From the NCBI GenBank assembly GCA_038153405.1, contig JAYOYH010000035.1, forward strand, positions 1 to 48,085: a DNA stretch of 48,085 bases, in the 5' to 3' direction. The translations under genes were made by a program, and so were the position numbers. Below, in pieces: positions 1 through 7,473 of this stretch. The stretch's first letter is position 1; each line of letters begins with the position of its first letter. The stretch is from Gemmatimonadota bacterium. GTDB taxonomy: Bacteria; Latescibacterota; UBA2968; UBA8231. A model generated the notes under the pieces. The model did not search any database. It saw only the letters and a program-made list of their open reading frames with translations, and was not told where the DNA came from.

Positions 1-300
1 GAATGCCGATATTTCGTATGCCGCACACTGGGTTCATGCGTCTTGTTTACTCATTCAACGGTTTTGGGCAAAGGGTAGACAGGTATCACCCCGTGCGCTT
101 TGTTAAGTGGTGTCGATTCAAACAGCGGCGAGCAAAAAAACCGCGGCACCGACTCATAGTATATAGGCGATTAGCCCATTTGACCACTTGTACGCGAGCT
201 GCGGCCAACGCGCTGCAGTCGCTCTTTTTTCGCAGCGGGTTTACGGTGTTCGACACATCTACTGCACGCATAAATAGAATGGGTTCACACCCTGCAGGGC

Positions 301-2802
301 ATGTGCATGCTGCGTAACGCACTCTGTGCCATGCTCTACTTATATGCAGTAGCCGGCCACGCACAGGAGGGCTATCGGAGGTTTTCCGACCGGATTGAAG
401 TGAGCGGACAGGCCAACTGGGCGGCATGGCAAGCACCGGTCGGCACGCGCGTACTGCACGAAGACGGAACAGTGACGCCGCGCTTTCTGCGCCGCAGCAT
501 CAATGCCACCCTCAACGCCGGTGATTTCGTCTACGTCAGCGAGGGGGATACGCTGGTCGGCGGCATCGCTGCAGCCGGGTCAAATCGCGAACGAGCCCAT
601 CGGGCCATAGATGGCGACGACGGCACCTACTGGGAGCCCGAGCGCGACAGCCCCGTAGAAGATTGGTGGATCGACATAGACCTGGGTCGCTTAGTTATTG
701 TGCGACGCATCGTGGTGCGCTTTGCAGAAGAAGGCATGGGCGATCCATTGCTCAAATTCCGCGTGCTGGCTTCGGACGGTCGCGTAACGTTTACCTACGT
801 GCGCCAACGCAGCTTTGAGCGCGTTGGGCTGGCCAATCTGGCCAATAAAACGCAGCGCGAATTCACCTTTGAAATGGAAGCGCCTGCGCGCACACCTGAA
901 TCCGTCGAAGGCATTGCTGCGCAGATTATTCGCATCGAAGCTCTCGATTCAGATGGGCCGCGCGGGGCGGCGATCGACAGCGTCACCTATAGTCAACTAC
1001 CGGCCGAAGAGCGCGGAGCGATAGACTACTTTCGCCGCACGGTCGCGGGAAGACAGATTGCGGTCGCGCAGTCGGTATACGCCGCGCTGCCGCCAGAAGA
1101 GCGCGGCGACGTGCGCCACTACCGCTACGAGCGACCGCGCCTAGCTGAGGTCGAAGTGCACACCGTTGGCGACAACGCCGTGCGCCTGACGCGCCCGCCT
1201 ATTGACGAGCCCCTGCGCGATGCGCAAGCGCGCAGCCAGCGCCCCTATACGGATGGCCTGTTTGCCACCTTCGGCAACGTGCTGGAGTACGATGCACAGC
1301 GCGACGAACGCCAGATCGTCATCGACTTGGGCGCCGAATATTGGCTCGACCGAATCCGCTTGCTGTCCCCGGCCGAACCGCCGCCAGCCTACCAGCTGCG
1401 GGTATCCGACGGATCGCTCAACGCCGATGGCGAACGCGTTTGGCGCCTCTTTGACGAGCGGCTCAACCGCGAGAGTTTTTTGCAGTTAGAGGAGCGCTTT
1501 GGCCTGCGGCGCGTGCGCTATATCGACCTGCGTCGCTTGCCGCTGCCGGCCGCGCGCAGCGAACGGGGGCAGATCAGTGAGATACAGGCCTACGGCGAGG
1601 GTTTCGCGCCGGAAGTCGTCATGTCTTCCCCGCTTATCAAGCTACCTTTTCCCGGCCTATTTACCCACGTCAGTTGGGTGGGTGATGTACCCAACGACGC
1701 GCATATTGCCGTGCGCACGCGCACGGGCAACGTGCTCGAAGAAATTCTGCACTACTACTCGGACAGCGGCAATGAGATCAGTCGCGTAGCCTGGGAGCGC
1801 CGAGCAGACGACCGACGTGGGCCCGTCGTCCTGGAAGAGCTACCGGGAGCCGATTGGAGCGGCTGGAGTCCGTTCTACTTCTTCTCCGGCGAAGCGTTCA
1901 AATCGCCCGCACCACGCCGCTATGCGCTCGCCGAAGTGCACCTGCGCAGCGAAGCGCCCCAGTCGGCGGCCACCATACGCGCCCTTCGCCTGCACTTTGC
2001 CCCACCCATCGCCGACGAAGCGGTGGCCGAGCTCTGGCCGCTGCGTCAGATTCAGCCCGGGGTCGATGAGGAGTTTACTCTGTATATACGACCGACCTTC
2101 AGCGCCAACAATCCCGGATTCGACCGTCTATTATTGAGCTCTTCTTCGGTCGCATCAATCGACGTGATAGAAGTTCGCTCGGGCACGGAAGGCCTGCTGC
2201 GTTTAGGGGCTGGCCAGATTCTGTGGCCCGGTCCCGTGCGTCTCGAGCGCGGGAATGAAGGGCAAGTCGAGCTAATTTTTCCCGCACCCGTGCGCCGCGA
2301 GACGCTCTACGCCATTCGCCTGCGCACCCGCGTTTTTATGGGGAATACGCAGTTTTTCGCCACCCTGTCCAACAGCGCCTTTCCCGAGCGAACGCAGCAA
2401 GTCAGCGCCGGCGATGCAACCGGGCTAGTCGCCAGCCAGTCGCTAGTCGCCGTGACCGACCTGAGCAATGATGAATTGCTTGCCGGTGTCGACGTCAGCC
2501 CGTCGGTCTGCACGCCCAACGGCGACGGCAGCAACGATGAAATCGCCATACGCGCAACGGTTTTTTCCGTTCGCGAAGGTGGTCGTCTACGCGTAGAACT
2601 ATTTGACCTGAGTGGTCGCCGCCTGCGCGATCTGGGCGAGGAACGCGTCCGTCCCAGCGGCGAATACGACCTGCGCTGGGACGGACGCGATGACAGCGGG
2701 CGGCGCGTGCCGCCAGGCAACTACCTGCTGCGCATAAAGTTAGACGTCGACGCGCGCGACCGCGGCCGCCAGATCGTGCGACTGATACAGGTGGCGTATT
2801 GA
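301..2802 (+). CDS. Cassette 1 gene A: secreted protein with two discoidin (F5/8 type C)-like domains and a C-terminal FlgD-Ig / T9SS type-B-like domain
   Basis: 833-aa ORF (start could be the ATG at 307). Signal peptide ending AGHA-Q. Discoidin-like motifs AIDGDDGTYW..WWIDIDLG..IVVRF and IDLGAEYWLDRIRL..ISEIQAYG. RTRTG..WSGWSP..SPAPRRY module. C-terminus TPNGDGSND..FDLSGR..WDGRDDSG..PPGNY..QVAY. Confidence 0.8.
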   Translation: MCMLRNALCAMLYLYAVAGHAQEGYRRFSDRIEVSGQANWAAWQAPVGTRVLHEDGTVTPRFLRRSINATLNAGDFVYVSEGDTLVGGIAAAGSNRERAHRAIDGDDGTYWEPERDSPVEDWWIDIDLGRLVIVRRIVVRFAEEGMGDPLLKFRVLASDGRVTFTYVRQRSFERVGLANLANKTQREFTFEMEAPARTPESVEGIAAQIIRIEALDSDGPRGAAIDSVTYSQLPAEERGAIDYFRRTVAGRQIAVAQSVYAALPPEERGDVRHYRYERPRLAEVEVHTVGDNAVRLTRPPIDEPLRDAQARSQRPYTDGLFATFGNVLEYDAQRDERQIVIDLGAEYWLDRIRLLSPAEPPPAYQLRVSDGSLNADGERVWRLFDERLNRESFLQLEERFGLRRVRYIDLRRLPLPAARSERGQISEIQAYGEGFAPEVVMSSPLIKLPFPGLFTHVSWVGDVPNDAHIAVRTRTGNVLEEILHYYSDSGNEISRVAWERRADDRRGPVVLEELPGADWSGWSPFYFFSGEAFKSPAPRRYALAEVHLRSEAPQSAATIRALRLHFAPPIADEAVAELWPLRQIQPGVDEEFTLYIRPTFSANNPGFDRLLLSSSSVASIDVIEVRSGTEGLLRLGAGQILWPGPVRLERGNEGQVELIFPAPVRRETLYAIRLRTRVFMGNTQFFATLSNSAFPERTQQVSAGDATGLVASQSLVAVTDLSNDELLAGVDVSPSVCTPNGDGSNDEIAIRATVFSVREGGRLRVELFDLSGRRLRDLGEERVRPSGEYDLRWDGRDDSGRRVPPGNYLLRIKLDVDARDRGRQIVRLIQVAY

Positions 2803-5543
2803 TGAGCGCACATGCCAACGGCGCAATCTCGAACTCGATGCGTCAAGCCATCCTACCTGCAATAGCCATGGTCGTCTTGACGCTCCTGTTTACCGCCTCG
2901 TCGACCGCGCAATCGACGCCTGCGCTCTACCCGCGCTTTCAGTTGGAGTATGTCGAGCCCCAACTGCACAGATGGTATCAACCGCGCCACTTGGCAGAAA
3001 CCTATTGGCAACCTTGGTACGCCGTCGATACGCAGTATGCGCGCCAGCCTTACAGCCGCTACGTGAACCGCTTGTTGGAAGGAGACGACTTTTTTGACGT
3101 CTTTGGAGAGCCCATTGGCCGCGGTTGGCTGGTCTATACGTGGACCCAGTATCAGCCGCAGGCCAGCGGCAGCCAGATTTTTAAGCGCCCTCCCGAAGAT
3201 CCGCGCAATAGTTCCGAACCGCGGCCCGGCAACGTAAACGCCTACGAGCGCTTTTTCGACCGGCTAGTGATTTCCGGTGACCAGCGCGGCACAACGTCTT
3301 ATCGCCTGATGGTGGGCGATGCCATCTACACGCGCTTCACGCCGCTGACCTTTTCCAAGCCTCAGTATAACGGCCTGCGCTTGGACTTGGCCAACCAGCG
3401 GCACAGCGCAACGATTCTACTTTCGCGCCCCAGCGATCCCAACGGCCCCTACCAGAATGACGTCGGCCTCATAAACTCCGGCAACGGCACCCACGCCACG
3501 CACCTGCTAGCCGGCCACGCCGACCTGGCGCTGGGCGATTGGATGCGCTTTGGACTGAGCTATGTCAACGCACACAATGCCCACACGCAAAACGAGATCA
3601 ATAACGGTAATCCCTTAAACGGCACGTTGACGCTGCTGCAAAACCAGAGCATCCGCAAGCTGTGGGTTCGCCTGCGCGACGATTCACCGCAGGACTTGCA
3701 AGGGGGTGCGGTCCTATTGGCACACGACATCGTCTTCACAGATACCAGCGGACAGCAGCACCGCGGTTCGGAAATAGGCTTCCTGCCAACGGTAGAAGGG
3801 GGGATAAGCAGCGGCGGTGCGCTCGTAGCCGACGGCAATGAGCGCATTGTGCTAGCCTACGACTTCGATGCGCTCAACCAAGAGGAGTTGACTACGGGCG
3901 CCCTGCGCAGCGTGCGCGTAGAACTCGACGTGGCCGACGACTACCGCGTAGAAACGGCTTCAAACCTGCAAATGGACGGCGTCGGCAGTTCGGCCAACCC
4001 CGTATTTCTCACCCAGGCGCGCGCCGGGAGCAATGTGCAAGACCGCAGCAATACGGGCCTGTTGACGATTGATTACGGCCTGCCCGTAGCCGGCGAGATA
4101 TACGGCATCAACTGGGATATGCCCAACTGGCGCGGCCTGTCCCTGCAGGGCGAAATCGCCGTCAACCGCCGCCTGCGGCGCTACCCCAACCCAGCGCTCA
4201 AACGCCAGCGGCAAATGGCCGAAACGGCAACCGCGTCCTATGCACAGGCAAGCTACCAGCGCTATCCCTATCGGGCTTCGTTCGAACTGTTTTCCATGGA
4301 CGACGACTACAGCACATCGCACTGGCTGACCACACCCAACGGCTCGCTGATCTACGATGCCGACATACCGCAGGTCTACGAATTCGTCGATGACGACGAC
4401 GATTTCAACGCCGTGCCCGAGTGGGTGCGTCCCTATCAGTCTTCCGCCGGCGAGGTCGCCTGGCCTGGCTACGACGAAAACGGCGACTTCCTCAATGACC
4501 ACAACCAAAACGGCAATCTCATCCCCGATTACGAAGAGCCCTTTTTGCGCTTTCGCTCCGACCGCCCCGAGATGCTGATCGGGCTGGACATGAACCACAA
4601 CGGCACCATTGACCGCCTAGAAAACGACCGCCTGCCCGACTATCCCTACAAGCGCGACCATCGCGGGTTTAACGTCTATCTGAAAAGCAACGTGGGGCCC
4701 GACGCATCGCTGACGATCGGTCGCCAAGACATGCACCTCATTGCAGGAGACGGCCGCACGCGGTCTTGGTATCTATTGGGTTTGTGGGTGCACAACCTAC
4801 CGGCAGGGCGCGTACGGCTATTTGAGTATGCCGCTCTGACCAAAGACTCAATCGCCGACGATTTAGTGCAGTGGGTGCAGCCGGTCGACGGTCAAGGACG
4901 CATGCGTGAACGGCCCGACGAACTGCCGGCGCAAAACACGTGGGAGCAGACCCTTTACGCCGACCTCGACCAGCGCGTAGGTCCCGACGTGCGGCTCCAG
5001 CACCGCCTCAAGTGGTCGCTGTGGCGCCAGCGGGACGGTGATGCAAGCCTACAGCGGCGCGAGGGTCGACGCACTAGCCACCTTGCCGGCCTGATTAACC
5101 GCGCCGAGTGGAGTATTCCCTTTGGCTTGGCCACCCTGCAGCCGCGCTTTAAAAGCGAGTATCGCAACGAGCGGCCCTACAGCACGCGCCGCCCGCAGTT
5201 CAGCGCACTGGAAGAGATGTTGGCACTGCTGTGGACGCAGCCGCTGATGGCCGAAGAGGTCGGCGTCAGCTACTTTCCGCGCTACGGACGCCAGCAGTTC
5301 AATACAATTCTCGAGCTGGGCATCGAAACGAGTCGGCTCTGGCTCTTGGAAGGGCACAGCGAGGAGTATGAGCAAAACTTCTGGCGCAGCACCCTCATCG
5401 TGCAGCTGCGCAACGGCGTCGCCTACGAGGGCTATCGGCTCGTCACGCGAGCCGGCCTGCGCCTGAGCCGCTGGCATTTTGACGACGGCCACAGCCAGCG
5501 CAGCAACACGCTCTTTATGACCATTAATGCAGGACTGCAGTGA
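2802..5543 (+). CDS. Cassette 1 gene B1: large uncharacterised secreted protein, putative outer-membrane beta-barrel
   Basis: ATG at 2802 overlaps the upstream stop (TGATG). Signal peptide ending STA-Q. The C-terminal third reads as amphipathic beta strands. Asp/Asn-rich core (DDDDDFN, DENGD, NQNGN, DMNHNGTID). Clear paralog of 44353-47043, more distant from 7474-10128 and 39644-42385. Confidence 0.75.
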   Translation: MSAHANGAISNSMRQAILPAIAMVVLTLLFTASSTAQSTPALYPRFQLEYVEPQLHRWYQPRHLAETYWQPWYAVDTQYARQPYSRYVNRLLEGDDFFDVFGEPIGRGWLVYTWTQYQPQASGSQIFKRPPEDPRNSSEPRPGNVNAYERFFDRLVISGDQRGTTSYRLMVGDAIYTRFTPLTFSKPQYNGLRLDLANQRHSATILLSRPSDPNGPYQNDVGLINSGNGTHATHLLAGHADLALGDWMRFGLSYVNAHNAHTQNEINNGNPLNGTLTLLQNQSIRKLWVRLRDDSPQDLQGGAVLLAHDIVFTDTSGQQHRGSEIGFLPTVEGGISSGGALVADGNERIVLAYDFDALNQEELTTGALRSVRVELDVADDYRVETASNLQMDGVGSSANPVFLTQARAGSNVQDRSNTGLLTIDYGLPVAGEIYGINWDMPNWRGLSLQGEIAVNRRLRRYPNPALKRQRQMAETATASYAQASYQRYPYRASFELFSMDDDYSTSHWLTTPNGSLIYDADIPQVYEFVDDDDDFNAVPEWVRPYQSSAGEVAWPGYDENGDFLNDHNQNGNLIPDYEEPFLRFRSDRPEMLIGLDMNHNGTIDRLENDRLPDYPYKRDHRGFNVYLKSNVGPDASLTIGRQDMHLIAGDGRTRSWYLLGLWVHNLPAGRVRLFEYAALTKDSIADDLVQWVQPVDGQGRMRERPDELPAQNTWEQTLYADLDQRVGPDVRLQHRLKWSLWRQRDGDASLQRREGRRTSHLAGLINRAEWSIPFGLATLQPRFKSEYRNERPYSTRRPQFSALEEMLALLWTQPLMAEEVGVSYFPRYGRQQFNTILELGIETSRLWLLEGHSEEYEQNFWRSTLIVQLRNGVAYEGYRLVTRAGLRLSRWHFDDGHSQRSNTLFMTINAGLQ
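4377..4650 (+). repeat. Dispersed diverged repeat: conserved core of the four B genes (other copies at ~8989-9276 +, ~40490-40790 -, ~45255-45560 -)
   Basis: Nucleotide similarity visible by eye, e.g. ATGAAC(C/T)ACAACGG(C/T)AC.AT.GA.CGC.T.GAAAACGAC in all four. Differences are mostly synonymous, so this reflects protein-level conservation. Confidence 0.7.
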
Positions 5544-7450
5544 TGAAGCGCTACGCCTGGGTCCTCGTCGCCTTGCTGAGCACAGTCGCCGCTGCGCAGG
5601 GCCAGCAGCGCTTTGTGCTGGGCACCGGAGGCGCACCGTGGCAGAGCGGTGGTGGTTTTCGCGATCCGACCGTGCTGTATCAGCCTAAAGGCACCAGCGT
5701 GCGCGAGGATACGACCAACGCACCCGGCGGGGCCATCGACTTCGAGCACAGACCGGGGTGGATCAGCCCGCTCTTTTTCGAAACCGATCAAAATATTGCC
5801 CCGCGCGCGCTCGAGCGCGACGGCCGCGTCTTTCTTATCAACGCGTTTTACGGCGCGACGCAAGCCGAGCAGCTACGCGGCACGGTCAACGGAGATCACG
5901 ACGTGGCCTTTGAACGCAGACCTAGCCTGACGGACCCTGCGCCCAAAATACGCGACGTATGGGTTGGACTCGACTTTGCCGTACTCGTCGGCATACACCG
6001 CGTGCGCTTTTACCCGCGCAATACGCTGGAAGAAACGCCGTTTTTTTCTTTTCAAGACGACTATCTGCGCGCCTATGAGCTATGGGTCAATCCCTTTGAA
6101 ACCGACCTTGCGACGCCCGACGTATTGGTGCGGCGCAACACAGCCAACGAGCATCCCGTCGTCGATATACAGCTAGCGCCGCAGTACATACGCCAGCTCA
6201 AGCTGCGATCGCTGACGGCCGTGCCCTTTGAGCTCGACGAAATCGAAGTCTATGGCACCGGTTATATGAGTCAGGGCAGGTATCTATCGGACATTATCGA
6301 CTTGGGCGATCGCGCGTCTATTGGGCCGCTGCGCTGGGTGCAAGACGCGGTCGGCGATTCGCTCTTTTCCAAGCTCAGCGTGCGCCTGCGCACCGGCCAC
6401 GACGACACGCCGCTTATCTACCAGCAGTGGCTGCGCGATTCGCAGGGGCGCATCACCGGGCCGACAGAGGTCACGCCCGAGCAGTACTACGCGCTGGAGC
6501 GCCGCGATCGCGTCTCTCTCGGACCAGAAGACGGCGACAACTGGAGTCCTTGGTTTGTCGTCGAGCACGGTCAACTAGCGACTGCCCCTCTGCCGCGGCG
6601 CTACGCGCAATTCGAGCTGGCATTTCAAAGTAGGCTCTTCGACAGCCGGTTGGTCAGAAACATCGAGTTTGAATACCTGGTGCCGCCCGTCGCCGACGGC
6701 CTGTGGGCCGAGGTCTACCCGCGACTGGCCGAGGCCGAACGGCCCGCGAGCTTTCGCTACGGCATCCGCTTGAAAAACAGGGGCGACGCGCGCGGCTTTG
6801 ATCGCTTAGAGATAGATACCAACGTATCCGTAACTGCCGTGCGCGAGCTAAAAATAGACGGCCAACCGGCCGACTTTGAGATTGAGTACGTGCGCGAAGA
6901 CGGGTTTGCGCTGCGCTTTCCCCTTATTCGGCAAGACGGCGCCGTGCTAGAATTTACCTTTGACCTGCCCATTTTCCGCTTTGGTACGACCTTTTCGGGA
7001 CGCGCCTTTAACGCGCAATTTGCCTCTGTGCCGCAGCAGCTGCAGGCGGGCGATGCCGTCGACTTCGGTCCCGATGACTTCGGTCCACTATCCGGGCTCT
7101 TCGTCGCCATTCCAAAGAAGCAGTTGGGCAAGCTGGTCGGCGAAATTGCAGTCGGCCATCGCATATTCACTCCCAACGGCGATGGGATAAACGAGCATTT
7201 TGAACTGTCGTTTAACCTGCTGCAGTTGGTCAAGCCGGCGCCCGTCACCCTCGACCTATTCGACCTGAGCGGTCGGTTCGTGCGCCGAGCGTTCAGCCAA
7301 GAGTTGGGCATTGGACCAGCCGAATGTGCGTGGGATGGACTGCTAAACGACGGGGCCTTGGCAGCCCCAGGCACCTATCTATGGGTGCTCACCGTGCGCG
7401 CCGACGCATTTGATGAAAAGCACACGGGTGCGATTTCACTGGCATACTGA
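5543..7450 (+). CDS. Cassette 1 gene C: secreted discoidin-like protein with C-terminal FlgD-Ig / T9SS type-B-like domain
   Basis: ATG at 5543 in a TGATG overlap. Signal peptide AAA-Q. Motifs RVRFYPRNT, ELDEIEVYGTGY, RTG..NWSPW..PRRYAQF. C-terminus TPNGDGINE..FDLSGR..WDG..PGTY..SLAY. Counterpart of 42428-44353. Confidence 0.8.
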   Translation: MKRYAWVLVALLSTVAAAQGQQRFVLGTGGAPWQSGGGFRDPTVLYQPKGTSVREDTTNAPGGAIDFEHRPGWISPLFFETDQNIAPRALERDGRVFLINAFYGATQAEQLRGTVNGDHDVAFERRPSLTDPAPKIRDVWVGLDFAVLVGIHRVRFYPRNTLEETPFFSFQDDYLRAYELWVNPFETDLATPDVLVRRNTANEHPVVDIQLAPQYIRQLKLRSLTAVPFELDEIEVYGTGYMSQGRYLSDIIDLGDRASIGPLRWVQDAVGDSLFSKLSVRLRTGHDDTPLIYQQWLRDSQGRITGPTEVTPEQYYALERRDRVSLGPEDGDNWSPWFVVEHGQLATAPLPRRYAQFELAFQSRLFDSRLVRNIEFEYLVPPVADGLWAEVYPRLAEAERPASFRYGIRLKNRGDARGFDRLEIDTNVSVTAVRELKIDGQPADFEIEYVREDGFALRFPLIRQDGAVLEFTFDLPIFRFGTTFSGRAFNAQFASVPQQLQAGDAVDFGPDDFGPLSGLFVAIPKKQLGKLVGEIAVGHRIFTPNGDGINEHFELSFNLLQLVKPAPVTLDLFDLSGRFVRRAFSQELGIGPAECAWDGLLNDGALAAPGTYLWVLTVRADAFDEKHTGAISLAY

Positions 7451-7473
7451 GAGAGGAACCAAGCGCTAAGAAC

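Noticed and set aside
3..436. ORFs 3-317 (+) and 86-436 (-)
   Set aside because: No recognisable motifs, atypical composition, and overlap with the start of gene A. The region looks like an intergenic control region.
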